Origin: Eledone cirrhosa
Lineage: Eukaryota
Direction of reading: 5' to 3'
Length of the DNA: 64,000 nucleotides
Assembly: GCA_964016885.1 (NCBI GenBank)
Contig: OZ024753.1
Span: forward strand, 34,224,001-34,288,000
Below, piece by piece: positions 1 through 13,637 of this stretch. The stretch's first letter is position 1. Each line of letters starts with the position of its first letter. The translations under genes were made by a program, and so were the position numbers. The notes below the pieces were generated by a model, which was not told the DNA's origin, did no database searches, and saw nothing but the letters and a program-made list of their open reading frames with translations.

Positions 1-689
1 TGGCCGTAGAAGATCCTTAAAACTGCTTTTTTTGCTTGCTAACAAACCATCGACCACGTTTTATCTGACCATAGGCAATCACATGAGAAGTATATGCCTT
101 AAAACTGTCTCTCACCTGCTAACCTGGTATTCACTGAGGTTAACCTGGCTGTAGAAGATTCTATGAGAAGTATATGCCCTAAAATTGCTTTTTTCACCTT
201 CTATTACTTTAGCCTGGCAATGACATAATTTGACTTTGTAACATATATATGTACTCTTACTAGTAAAAAGAATTCTGGCTAAACCTATTTCTGATTCATA
301 GTTTATGAAAAAATATGTTACATATATCTGTCTTCCAAACAGATTACTTCCATTCATTTCGTTTACATATATATTATATACATATATATATTATTTTCCA
401 CAAATTAAAAATATAGACTAATTAAACTGATATTTTTTATTAGTGTTCTATATGTTAGTGAAGGACAGGTACACTGGTTCTCAACAACACCCAGATGGTG
501 GCATGCTAAACTTAGTGAAGGGGTGGGACACTTGAAGCAGAGATGAGCACTGTCAAATATTTCTAAAGCTCGTTGAACTGTCATGATGGAGACACAGTAA
601 AACATATAGAATAGCACCCCAACAGCTGACTGCACCAGCTATGGGAAACTGATGTATATTAGGGCTCCCACTAATTCTGCATAATGTTC

Positions 690-1130
690 AGTTGAGTAAC
701 ATTTACAATACATATGGTCACTAACATGCAGCATTGCTGCTTGTTTACACGCATCATACAATATGCCCTTCATTCTGAGGGAAAACCTTTTGTAGCTAGC
801 AGTGGTAGTAGCTCCCTGGACTTTTTTCATCCCGTTTTCATTCTGGCTACTGTACTTTTGAAACACTCTCCTCCACTGATTTAGTCATCCAGGTAATGGA
901 AACAGTTGACTATTTCTACAGAGCCCTCTGGGCATTTTAAGGAGTTAGTATCCTACGAGCTCTTGCTATTTAATGCACCTGAGATCCCACTAAATCTCTT
1001 GTGCACCCATAGTTTGCATGTGGAACATAGGAAGATATTTCTACCTATCCTGTCCTGCACACAGAGAAAGGCCATTCCCCAACAAATGCCAAGTAGAAGG
1101 ATTTACCTTTTAACTAGGTACTATATGCTG
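690..1130 (-). mobile_element. Old RTE LINE fragment
   Basis: Minus-strand similarity to the same family (FSLRMKGILYDAC...AAMLH.S). Confidence 0.75.
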
Positions 1131-1389
1131 TGTTGTTTGCCGTAACCACTGAGGGAATATTTTTACAAGTCGAAGTTTCCTGAACAGTGATGAAGTGTCT
1201 GTTAATAAAAAAAATGTTTACATATTATTTACAAAAAAAGATTTTGTTAATAAAAAAATCTTTACACATTATTTACGAGTTGTGTTCAGTATATTTTGAC
1301 AAAAAATATATTAAAAATTCTACATATTGTATACGAGTTGTGTTGTTACTTTGACAATGAAAAAAATTAGCCTACTAAATGGCTTGGTT

Positions 1390-2700
1390 TCTGAAGCACA
1401 TTTTGTAAATGAAACTTTACAAGAAAATGAAAGATCAGCTACTGGAATCTTCCAAACTCTATCATGATTAAATCTGAAACAGTTTTTTGCTGATCATCCA
1501 TGATGGCCTAGCATTTGATGCTCATTTGTATGAGAGGAAAATTATGAATGACTCAGTCAAAAGAAAATGGCTTACATATAACAAAGAAAATAGATGCTTA
1601 TATTGTTTATACTGCTTAGCCTTAGAGTCTCCCAACACCTGTAATCTATCACCCTTTGTACGTGGCTTTAATTATTACAGGCGTGTTAGCCAGAGCTTGG
1701 CTTTTGTAAATAGATGTAGTGACAAGATTTTACAGATGAATATGGATGACAATCGAATATTGGAAATTGATACTTTGGAAATATCATTGCCAGTTAAAAG
1801 ACAGGAAGAAAAAAAAGAATGGCAGATGAGCTTGTTAATAATGAAGGAAATTACTCAGATTCTGTAGCTGATTTTCAAGTAAATGTGTTTAACCTAATAA
1901 TGGATTGCATTATCCAGTCACTAGAATCACACTTTGTACAACACAAACAGTTGTATAAAGATTTATCCTGCTTGGACCCTGCAAAGTTTAAAACTATTGC
2001 AGAGAAGGGCCTTGAAGTTGCAGCATGAGATTGTATTATTAAGTTGTTTCCACAAATCAGCAAAGATCAAGTAAATTTAGAATTGCTGCAAATTTTTTTT
2101 GTATTAAATTTATTGTTTAACCCTTTAATGTTCAAACTGGCCAAAACCGGTCAGAATTCTCTACCTTTTTGTGTTGAAACTGGCTGTAACTGGTCACTCA
2201 AACTGATGTTAAGGTATTGTTCTCAAAATAAATACTTTCAAAATCTCATAGATTCGATATTATGAGAGATATTATGTGAGGTAAAGCCTTTACCATGAAA
2301 ATATAATAGTATATATAGAGTAATGTGAACGCTAAAGGGTTAATGATGGTGAGAATATGGGTTCCAGTTGCAACAACTGCAAATTTTGTACCACTTGCCC
2401 ATTGTGTGTTCTAAGAAGTCTGGCATCCAACAGACTTCATGACAAGGAATATGATAATCTTTTTGAACTTTATAAAGTTATCTGCACACTATCAGTTACC
2501 CAAGTCCAATGTGAGAGGAGATTTTCAAATCTAAAGATCATAATGACAAGGTTAAGTAATTCGCTATCTGAGAACTTGGAATCATACGTTGCTATCCATT
2601 GAAAAGGAATTGTTATATGAATTGGATGCAGAAGAAATTATTGATATATCTGCACAATCATCCAGTGAACTCAAATGATTGCTCTTAATATAGTGGACTG
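1390..2700 (+). pseudogene. Decayed, internally deleted hAT transposase (TTF-type zinc finger + hATC dimerisation domain)
   Basis: KRKWLTYNKENRCLYCLYC...F.RGF (TTF Zn finger) joined directly to the C-terminal part, ...LYKVICTLSVTQVQCERRFSNLKIIMTRL (hATC motif); frameshifts and stops; MITE inserted at 2117. Confidence 0.85.
2117..2343. mobile_element. piggyBac-type MITE (family copy 1)
   Basis: TTAA-CCCTTTA...TAAAGGG-TTAA termini; inserted in the hAT fossil. Confidence 0.85.
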
Positions 2701-2929
2701 ATTGTAATACACTTTTGAACTATTTGTTAATGTGTGAAGTGTGCAGTACAAGTAAACTATTTAAAATATTTTTAAATTGGTATATGTATAACATACTGTT
2801 ATTTTGAAAAATGTATAAGTACATTATAAAAACAGTAATGGCAAGAGCAGGGGAAAACGAATAATAGAAGGATGTAAAATATTAAAAGTAGAAGAAATCA
2901 AAACCATGAAAGAAATCTCCTTTGTAAAG

Positions 2930-4210
2930 AGCAAACAAACAAATGATGTATATGTATGAAGATGTGATATTGACTGCATTGCCGTGATTTTTATAAGAAA
3001 ACATAGTTATAGATTTATAGGAATTTATTTTCAGTTTGGTTTAAACTTTTCAAAATAACAATATACACAATTATTCGTTTAAACCCATGCTAGCGTGGAA
3101 GATAAACGTTAAACGATGATGATTCAAAAATTCAATTATTATATTCTGTATTTACATTTGGTATTACTGTATACTGCCAGCAATATTATTATTCTGACAA
3201 TCAAACTAAACTGTATTATATTATTATTATTCTGACAATTATGCCTTTGATGAGTTGTAGTGCACCTGAGCACTGTACACAATAATTTCATTATTATTAT
3301 TATAACACTATAATTTGTAATTAAAAAAAGTATACATTCCGCCACTGTATATATAGCGAGCTGGCGCTGCAGACGTTTATATATATATATATATACACAC
3401 GTCTGCAGCGTCAGCTCGATATTGAAGCTCTCACCTCATTACGAAAGAATGAATACCCATTACTCCTACCAACGAAGCTACCAGAGAACTTGCTGAAAAT
3501 TTTATATATTTAAAGCATAAAACCTTAAATATCCGACATTGTTTTGAGAATAATAGTGTAAAATTGTGACACCGGTTTAGGGATTTCATGTTACCCTTGC
3601 CCTCTCGCCCCCACGATAATTTGATGTTCAGATTAAAGAGTGGTGGAGAGTAAATTAATTGTTTTGTTTATTTACTTATATTAAACAAGGAACAAGATGT
3701 CGGGAAAGAAATTTAAAAATTTGCCGTCAATAAAAAAAATAAAGTTCAGCCATTACCCCTCCCATGATGCAACACTGCAGGTAAATAATCTGACGATTTA
3801 GCGACATCAGTTCCTTAAATTTCTCTATTCCGAAATCTCAAGAACGATAACTCCGTCTTTACTTAATCGCAAAAATGGGTGTAAAAAGGTTTCAGTAGCA
3901 AATAAACAAATGATGTATCTGTCCGAAGATGTGGTATTGACTGCATTGCTGTGATTTTTATAAGAAAACAGGAATTTATTTTCAGTTTGGTTAAAACTTT
4001 TCAAAATAACAATTATTTAAAAATTCAATTATAATATTCTGTATGTACACTGCCAGGGGGGAAAAAAGTATACATTTTTTTCCTCAGAAATTTGTTATGT
4101 ATTTTTGGAAAATGTTGTTTATTCGTATTAAAAATTAAATAACATTCTATATATGGGTGGGTCCCCTTTATCTCCTGGCAACCAATATCTTTAGACCCAG
4201 TCCGCCACTG
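2930..4210 (+). mobile_element. Two related hAT-type right-end segments
   Basis: 2935-3160 and 3903-4050 are diverged direct copies; each region is followed by TCCGCCACTG (about 3338 and 4201), a CAGTGGCGGA-type hAT terminus. Confidence 0.55.
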
Positions 4211-7039
4211 TATTGCATAATAGGGACTCTATTATGTAATAAATCTTTCTTCAATTTTCAACGGATTTTACCTAGTTTCTTTCCTTGTACCTCTTCACTT
4301 AAAATTACTCCGTGAAATCTCATTGAACCTATATGTACCATACTCAATGACACATTTTGTATCATCAAGATACTTATGTAACACAACTCCACTGACCACG
4401 TTGAGCGCAATAAACCTCAATTTTTTTGTTTCGCATATATATTTTACACTAATGTGAATTATCCTAGATAGAATATGTCCTCTTACACCAACACATTACA
4501 ACTTTAGATCAGTTTGACAATGGCCACCGACGAATGTGAGAAAGTTAACCAGGATATTTTTTTTTAACTTTCCACCAAATTATAAAATTGTAAACTTATA
4601 AATTGTTATAGAATACCAACTACAAGTAAAGTCATTCTTTTCCTTTTTTTCAAATGACGATGATGTTAACAACACAAGATATAACTACTCCATCACCAAA
4701 GGTTTCTGGGTCCCAGACAAAATTAATATTGAGATGTTATGGATATTTTTTATCCATAACATCTCTGTCTGGGATCCAGAAACCTTTGGTAATGGAGTAG
4801 TTATATTTTGTGTTGTTCACTTCCAAATTAAATACCTCTGTTCTATACATTGAGCACTCTTTTTTCCTTCGGAATTACCTAACACACACACACACATATA
4901 TATATATATATTGTATTTTTTCTATGGTTTTTTACTTTCTAAGTTCAATTCCCTCCATAGGTTCATTTTTACGATGTCGGTAAAATAGAACCAGTCAAAT
5001 ACTGGTGACTGATATAATCGACAATACTCTTTCCGTAAATTTGAAGTTTTGTGTTTGTTATAAATGATAATACTGTGTGTATAAAAAAAATCCTTTATTA
5101 TATACTCGTATATGAACGCAGTTTATATAATAAATGTGATTTAAAAGAGAAATAAATCAATAAAAATTAGAGAAAGACGAGTGAAGGCATGCACATTCGA
5201 TTAGTTATACTCTACATGGCATTGATGATGTTGAGAGCGAGTCTTAGGTGCCAACAATGACAACAATCCCGATGTCAGCAGTTCACCTCAGCTCCATTAA
5301 ACATCTCCAATATCAGACGCTGTAAAATGTTTTTTATCGATAAATCACTGTATTCTAGAAGTTTGTAAGAAGGGAGCACACAAAAAAAATTGTTTAAAAA
5401 TGACTGACTTGTAAAAGCAGAGGATGAAAAAATAAATAAAGACAATACGAATATGCCAAGAAGAAAGAGGGGAATGTTGAATGATAAAATTTGATATGAA
5501 GAGATGAGAAGTAAGACAGAAGTTATACTTCAAAATGCAGGCGAGAAAAGTATTTAACCAAAATAGAGGGGTGAAAAGAACTGCAAAGTGGAAGATGAAG
5601 GGCCGACATCGAAGAATACATGAAAGTATATATTTATTGAATCAATTTAAACATCCGTATCGAGCTAGTAAGCCATGACAGACTAGAGGATGTATCAAGT
5701 ATTTCTTACAGTTGAGAAACAAAAAAGATAGAAGAGATAAGTGAATATAAAGATTTTAAAAAATAATAACTGTTTCTACTTTTGGCACAAGGCCAGCATT
5801 ACTGGTTCTTTATTTTATCGATCCCGTAATTAAGCATTAAAATGTTTATAAAAACAAATAGAAAGCAAAGAAAGTTGTAAAGCAGCTAGAGTTTTGTTAT
5901 TGAATCTTTTCGTAAGCTCCATGTCTCAAAGATTTTGTTTATAGTTGATAGATCTTTTATAATATAGATTATTTATTGGCTTGCCTCAAATATTTCTGAT
6001 GTCACCTGTGGTGAGAGACTGATTAACGCAATTCTATACAGGGTGTATCGAAAAGAATCATCCGATTTCATTAGGCTATATTTTTAAAACAAATAAACAT
6101 ATAATCATGCGGTAACTTGTACCATTCATGTCTGAACATAAAGTTTTATTTACAATATTTTAATAACTGTTCAATATGTTCACCTCCGGACATACAGTAT
6201 TCATCTACACGGTAGTCAAACTCGTCTCATACGCATGTGAGTATGTCTAATGATTTTATTTTTACATCTTGTATTTTTGTGTATTATATTTATAAGGTTC
6301 CTACCAATAATTCATTGATTTCATGTATGTACAATATAACAAATGTTTGTTATATTGTAATGTTATTTATACAATTGTGAATAAAATTTTGTAAACACAC
6401 AAAACAAAATATTGAAATTAAATTGTAATAAAGGAAAGTACAAAGCCATAACTTTCTCAATAATTCTTATTTTTAAAGGGAATTTTACAGATACATATTC
6501 TATAATATAGAATACGATTATGTTAATAAATATTTTTTTTAAATACGTTTTAATTTATTTTTTTCATTACTGTGTATAGTTTCGTTCGTTAATTCTTTCG
6601 CTTAATGAATAAAAAAAAAATCGATTGTGTTTGTACCGAGATAAACATAAACTGGGAAATGTTTTAATCATGCTTTCAGAATAATATAACAGGTTTTATA
6701 TTGGAGCCTTTGAATTACAGGTGCAATCCATCCGACAGACTTCTACACAATCCATTTCTATTTATTTTTAATACTTTCATTATTGTTTATAGTTCCGTTA
6801 TAAACAAAAAAAATCAATTTGTCTAAATATAAAATCGGAAATGTTCTCAGCATGCCTTCTAGTTACTAATCTGGGATGCTACATGATGCGACATAATCTC
6901 ATCATGCCTTCTAGTTTCATGTTTGGCAGGAGTAAACCTCTAATCTGGGATGCTACATAATCTCCACCTTCAACCATGTTGCTTCGACAACAAACCCAGG
7001 CACAGAGCGAGAGATATTGGCCGGGATTTGACCGACCGC

Positions 7040-7212
7040 CAGTGCCGAATTTACCACTATGCTTAAGCACAGGGCCCCGTTGGCCAGGATGGGATAGGGG
7101 GTGGGGGGGCTTCTTCCGGCTAAAAAAAAATTTTTACGATGAATTTTTCAAATGTTTCCAGCCTCATAACTTAACTAACACTGGGTCTTATTTGTCCTAA
7201 ATCCGACCACTG
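7040..7212. mobile_element. hAT-type MITE
   Basis: Imperfect TIRs CAGTGCCGAATTTA / TAAATCCGACCACTG; flanks ccgaccgc / ccgcccgg are a 6/8 match to an 8-bp TSD. Confidence 0.6.
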
Positions 7213-7429
7213 CCGCCCGGGTTCCCTTTTTGTGTCTGTCTCCGTCGAGATCTCCGGTGTCCTCGGTCCCCGGACTGTTGTTTTCATTTGCTAAATCACT
7301 GGCTGTTCTCCGAGGCAAAGCTTTTATGATTTAATCCGCGGAGCCCAGCTAGATATACTACCTAGACTGGGGTTTAGAGTTTGCTGACCCTCCTTCTCCG
7401 CTTTCCCTTTCATTATATATATATGTATA

Positions 7430-8700
7430 GCTGGATGGGGGAGAATTCTTCCGCCAGTGAGTCGGAGACCAACAGCAAACATGCCTTTGCATTGAGGCGC
7501 AGGTCTCCGTTGGGCTTGGTGAGACCAAATAGCTTCTTACCGAAGAACAGTGGGTGGATGAACGGGAGAACGTTCACTGAAGAGAACTGATTCACAAACG
7601 GAGTCAGACTCTCCAAGAGCTCGAGTCCGGTGTCACCGGCCGGTAAGGAGATACCATCCTTGAGGTGTTGAGGACGAAGGCCGTCAATTCCCGCGCCTAA
7701 CCCAGCAGGGAAGGATGAATTTGCCTTTCTGATGATATCGGTCTCGAGTATTCTGGTGGTTCGGGCCAGTGTAGCTGATCATCTGGGGGTGCCGATGGGT
7801 GCTTCTCTTTCAGTCGCTCAAGAGAATCAGGGTTGCACGGAGCAAGGGAGGACAGAGAAGAGAAGAAACGGACAGCCTCTTTAATGTCAAATTCGCTGAA
7901 TTTGGCATTGACCGCTCGCTTGAGGTCTACCAGTTGTCTGTTGGTGGACACCGAGTTTGATGTCGAACTGAGATGAGACGTGGTTGGGGTGGATTCAAAC
8001 AGCTGGAACTGCCGCTTGAGAGAGGACGTGAGGGAACCCGAATTCGCATTGTGCACGGGAAGAGAGATGAGGGGAAACAAAAACAATTTCTGCCAGTCAG
8101 ACCTATTGCTGGACGAACAAACGTTTTTCAATAAATTAGAGAGGGCACGTGCAAAGCTATTCCGAGCTCCCTTAGGGATCCGGTTAACGAGCTTAGATTT
8201 GGAGAAACCCTATAGAGCTGTGGCAAAGTCCTCGGTAGAGAGTTGGTCATCGAAGCGTGGGCCATTCCCACGGAATACGTCGGAGCTAGAGGGCCAGCGT
8301 TGGAATTCGGCGGAGGAAGTGAGTCAGTAAAGGAGGCAGCAGTGGTTCTAACGGTGGGACCAGAGCGGATGTGGGGTTGGCCGGGTTGAATTCGCTCGGA
8401 ATCTGAGGTGAAGGGGAAGAGGGCGTAGGTGGGAACAAGTTAGCTCCTCACATGCGTGCCGAAGTTTGTGGAGAATGTGAGGTTGAAGGCTGACCGGTTG
8501 TCACATAGTCGTTCCACCAAGCAGGTCTCTTGGTCATTCGACGCATGCCACCGCCACCTAGAGTGGACTAGGTTAAAGTGGAGGCAACTTTATCAATCAG
8601 CAATCACCGGTGATAGTTCGATTAAAACATCGGGCCACCAACGGGTTGAACGAAGACATAGGTGGGCTGTGCGCGAGGACGAAGTAAGGGGTGGGCAGAG
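7430..8700 (-). mobile_element. CRE-clade non-LTR retrotransposon, 5' part to start of RT (decayed)
   Basis: GC-rich; minus-strand peptides KLVNRIPKGARNSFARALSNLL...W.KLFLF, LERLKEKHP, AGIDGLRPQHLKD, LTPFVN...P.FFGKKLFGLTKPNGDLR are typical of CRE-clade pre-RT/RT regions. Confidence 0.8.
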
Positions 8701-9109
8701 GGAGGGATAGAAAATGGAGAAGATTATGAGTACGTGGAGAGGAGTGTGGTCATGTGAAAGGCAGGTAAATACAGTGGAAGAGAAAGAGCAATGAACATGC
8801 AAAGAGAAGGAAAATAAAAAGGTTAGAAGTACAAAATTTAAGGCTGTGAGTTTGTGTAATATTTCGCATGGGTAAATCCGCAGTAAAATCAGAAATTGTG
8901 AGTTTGTGTAAATTAAATGGTACGACGGTTCAGTTATATTCAAATATTGTAAGCGCGTCCATTGAGAATATCGTTGAGATGTTTGCGAAAATGTAAACAA
9001 ATAATTATATCCCAGACAGAAATGTTAATTTCCACTTCTATATACTCTTTTATATAATTATATGCTGGTGGACTTTGTATTTCGCTCTATATCTTAACTG
9101 ACTTGAATA

Positions 9110-9445
9110 TATAATATAATTTTATTCACAAACAACATTACAAATCGTTTGCAATTCCTTCAGAATAAAAATATAAACAGAGCATATAAATAAATTTACA
9201 GTAGCATAACATAACAAATATGTTTTAAATATATACATTACAAATGCTTCGGTAACACTAAAGGATGATACAATGAAAGATATATTCTTTTAATGGCGCA
9301 ATATTGAAGAAAATGTAAAGGAAGGGGTGAACACCAGAGCAAAAGACAGCAACGTCGCGAGCACTGGGCAACTTCTCTAATGGTTTTTGAGGCAAGCCAG
9401 CACACTGGCAGCGTTACCTCGGGTGATGGCGAGGCTGATACTTTC
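9110..9445 (-). mobile_element. CRE-clade retrotransposon 3' end (C-terminus of restriction-like endonuclease + 3' UTR)
   Basis: Minus strand SISLAITRGNAASVLACLKNH* matches the RLE terminal motif (ISxAIQRGNAxxV); AT-rich tail with AATAAA near 9121. Confidence 0.75.
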
Positions 9446-10234
9446 TGTGTTATCGCCGCTATGAAATTCAGTTTCTACAATTTCTCATAGAATTATGTTG
9501 CTAAACTCCCAAGCTATTTCGTCCGATTACATTCTGGTTTCAAACATTTCTTGACAGTTCTTTATAAACTTTTCTGGCTTTCATTTTTTTTGAGAAGATA
9601 TGGTGTATTTTCAATCCATTTGTTTCGTTTTTGTATCAGAAGGGCCTCAAAAATTCTGAATACGTTTGTTGGATATTACTTTCTGTTCGGCCGTAAAATT
9701 TACATTTAGTATTAATTTTCAATATAGTTGTGTTTCAAGTTTTTTTATTTACTACTTTTTTACTTAGTTATGTTCAGTATGTCTTTCTTTGTTACCTTTA
9801 AATAAGTGACGTAAGACAAAACGAGCAAAAAATAAAAGAGAGAGAGAAAGAATTGCGTCTACGAAAAAACATGAAATACAACAGTCCTCAGATTTCCTTT
9901 ACAGGAGACAAGCTTTCAAATGGATCATGTCTATTTATTTGATTGTTATATTTGTTTATTTATGTATCAATCAAAATTAGTAATTCGTCTATGAAATAAC
10001 TGATTTCAAATACACGATTGACAAGAAAGATGTCGTCTGCTTCTTAGGTGAATTATAAACAAAATATTCAGTTGTAAAACGTTTTTAATGGATTAAATGT
10101 CTTCTCTTTTACAGCGCGTTCTTTATATCTTAACGGGGATAATATATATATTATTGATAATAGATAATATACACTGTATATATTATTGATAATGTATACT
10201 TGAATATATATATATTATTGACAATATGTACTTG

Positions 10235-10265
<31 letters not shown>

Positions 10266-10269
10266 TATT

Positions 10270-12190
10270 GACGATGTTACTGATCCTCCACTGATTCGGG
10301 GCAACTCCTTTTTCCAGTGCCTGGTTACAGAACTCCAGGATAATATCATCAAAATCACCTCTGATGCCATTCCATCTACTCCATGAGCCTTACCCTCCTT
10401 GATCTTCTTCTTGGCTCTCTGAAGCTCCTCTTTGGTGAAGGGTCCTGTCTCAATATCCAGTTCCTCAAACAGCCGCCTGATCTGGGCTGTGGAGGGCGGC
10501 TCTCCTAGTAGGGTCCAAAAATGGTCCAGCCATTTCCTCTTCCTATCCTTGGGCCCGGTTCCCTGGATCTGACTCGAACACCTCTTCCTCCCTGTGATCT
10601 CGTTGATGATCATCCAGACCTGTCAACCGCTCTCTCCACACTTCTGATCTCCTCTCTGGCTTCAGAGTAAGTGGTACAGAGTTCTTCCCTCATCACCTCC
10701 ATATTCTCCTTCGTAGGATCAGCATAGAATTGGTCCTTGGCAGCTTTCAGGTGTTCTCTGGCTGCAGAACTGACATGCTTCCTCTTGTTCTTTCTCCTCG
10801 GCACCAGGGTCTCACTGCTTCCGCCACTGCATTGGTGAAGTACCCATACCTCCTCAGTCCCTCCAATCTCTCTCTCCTCTGCCTCTCCACACAGAGCATT
10901 GAACCAGTGCCAAAGAAGGGAGATCTCTCTAACACCAACAACTACAGGGGGATCTCACTGAGATCACTTGTGGCAAAGACCCCCAACAGGATGATTCTTA
11001 ACAGGATCCAGCCCGAGATGGAGAAGCTCAGGGACAACCAGAATGGCTTCAGAGAGGGAAGATCAACCACCAGTCACATCCTGATGCTTAGGATATTAGA
11101 GGGAGCTAGAGCAAAGTGCCTTCCTGCAGTCATGGTTTTCATTGACTTTAGGAAGGCCTTTGATTCTGTGGACTGTCACTGCCTGATGAAGGTCTTACAG
11201 AATCCCCAAGAAGATAGTGGACCTGATGTCACTGCTTTACACCAACACCAAAGCCCAAGTCATTACACCTGATGGGATGAGAGTTCTTTGAGAGACTGGC
11301 TGAAGTGCTCCAGGGAGATACATTGGCTCCCTACCTTTTTATCATCGCAGTGGACTATTGTAGGCGTCTTGTGCTGGAGAAACACCAGGACTCTGGCTTT
11401 ACTGTAACACCGGCTCAGAGCAAGAGAGTTAAGGCGAAAAAGATATCGGATGCTGAATTTGCCGACAACGTAGTTCTGGTGACAAACACAGTGAAGGATG
11501 CAGGAGTGTGAGACTGTGTCGATGAGTGTGGGGCTGAGAATGAATGAGATTAAGATGAAGAATCTGGTAGAGAATATTAAAAAGCCAGAGAAGATTACTA
11601 ATGTAGGCAGGAAGCCGCGAGAATTGGTTGAGGACTTCCTGTATTTGGAAGCAAAGATTGGGAATACGGAAGATGATGTGGTCGAGAGGAAGAGCAAAGC
11701 CTGGGCGGTGTGCCACAGCTTGAGATCGGGGTGGAAGTCGGACCTTCGCAAAGACCTGAAGATCCGTCTCTTTGTTGCTGTAGTGGAGTCTGTGCTGCTG
11801 TACGTGTCTGAGACTTAGACACTGACCAAGAAACTCACTCAGACGGTGGTGGATGAGTGGTACACAAGAGTGCTGAGGATGGCTCTGAACATTAATCAGT
11901 ATACACTGAGGATGAAGAATTCAGAGCTGTACGGGAGCCTCCCAAAAGTCAGCTCAAGAGTAGCACAGAGGAGACTGAGGTTAGCTGGACATGCTCACCA
12001 ACATCCAGAGTTGACACTGCACTCAGTGCTCCTGTGGGAGTCCCTGCATGGACACACTGGAAGAGGAAGACTGAGGTTAATATATGTTGATGCCCTAAGG
12101 ACAGACACTGGTCTCTTGGAGATGCAGGACATAGCAGCGATAATGAGAGACAACTCATCCATGGATCTCGGGAATTTTACGCGCCCTAGA
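10270..12190 (+). mobile_element. RTE-related LINE, 5'-truncated with inverted 5' segment (10270-10897 minus; 10898-12190 plus)
   Basis: Plus part: PVPKKGDLSNTNNYRGISL, QNGFREGRST, FIDFRKAFDSV, LQGDTLAPYLF, FADN, RRLRLAGH; minus part encodes the immediately upstream pre-RT region; flanked by (TA)n. Confidence 0.9.
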
Positions 12191-12264
12191 TATATATATA
12201 TATATATATATATTATTAACAATATGTACTTGAATATATATATATATCTTATTGATAATATGTA

Positions 12265-12458
12265 CCAGCCATATCCAGCCAGAATTCTCTCACCTCTTTC
12301 TGTTCAAACCAGCTATAACTGGCCATTCATACTGATGTTAAAGTATTGTTCAAAATAAATAATATCAAAATCTCATAGATTCGATATTATGTGAGATAAT
12401 GCCTTTACCCTGAAAATATTATAGTAAATATAGAGTAATGTAAATGCTAAAGGGTTAA
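12265..12458. mobile_element. piggyBac-type MITE (copy 2, left end missing)
   Basis: Same internal sequence, right end TAAATGCTAAAGGG-TTAA. Confidence 0.8.
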
Positions 12459-12567
12459 TATTTTTCCACCTGTTCCTTTCTTCTATTCTGCTTTTCTCTT
12501 TAACTTTCATTTCACATATTTCTTTCTGTTCTGCAGGTATTTTGGTATACAGCTTTGTTAAAAAGCT

Positions 12568-12760
12568 ATGTATGACACTCAAAGATACCTTTATAAACAT
12601 GGTACTCGCCCACTACTTAGAGAATCTATAGAAAAATCTACCAAAAGAAATGAAATAGCTGATTATGATGACATTTTCCTGTATCCAACGTTCAAGGACA
12701 ATATTGTGTGTGAAGGATGTGACACAAATATTCCAGCCTATAGTGTAGAGGTTGACTCAG
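12568..12760 (+). CDS. Uncharacterised 635-aa protein, coding exon 1
   Basis: Acceptor TTCTGCAG|G at 12537, in-frame TAA just upstream of ATG 12568; MYDTQRYLYKHG...EVDS-G; G|GTAAAT donor, phase 1. Confidence 0.75.
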
Positions 12761-13637
12761 GTAAATATATCTGATTTAGATCAGAGGTCCCAACCACTGA
12801 GCCACAGATCATTTGCTACTGGGCCACAAAGAAATAATTAACTTGTTTAAAATTATATAAATTGAATATTGAACCTTAGTTTAAAAAGATTTGTTTAAAT
12901 ATTCAATATTCATATACTCAATACACTTTTTCTTCCTTTTAATAAATTGCTCTCTTTATCGAAATGCACTTAACACATGTGTGCAACTACCAGTCCAAGG
13001 AAAGATTGTCCAGCTTAAAGCTGATCCATGGTATAAAAAAGGTTGGAGACTATTGGTTTAGATGATTTCTTCTCCCCCTCCTAATATTTTATTATGACTA
13101 TGCTTTTTCTCAGATACATTATTGACATAAGTAAAGTAAATTGATTTCAATAATCACCTTAACCTTAATCATGAATAGCACATACCTTGAGTCTCCAAAT
13201 GGAGCTCCTTGCAACCACCAAGATTCTCTCATGGAGAACTGACCCTCCTCTTCAGGGCCACAAAATACTTCACTGCCCAACAACTAGAGACCTTCTACAA
13301 AGCTCAGGTGAGATCTATGTTGGAGTACTGATCCTATGTCTTAGGACTGTGCAGCTGTTGCTCCCAGTGGCATCCTAGACTACATCTACAAAAAAGCCAC
13401 TTGGCTAATCAGTTTAAAGTTACTCTCTGACACTCATCCTCCTTTCATGAATGTGGAACTGACTGAATCCTGTGTTGAGAAAGGATAAAACTGACTGAAA
13501 GAAGGGATGGGAGGGGAGAGGAATTGAGAGGTGTATCATGGGACCCCACAAGCAAAAATAGTCATTAAAAAAACCTTGTTACTATTGTGTTTGTTTACAA
13601 AAGTTTCAATAGCTTCATGTTTTCTTGTTCTACACAG

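Noticed and set aside
5160-5330. Possible minus-strand exon (TTTTACAG acceptor near 5320)
   Set aside because: All three frames close quickly and no partner exons were found
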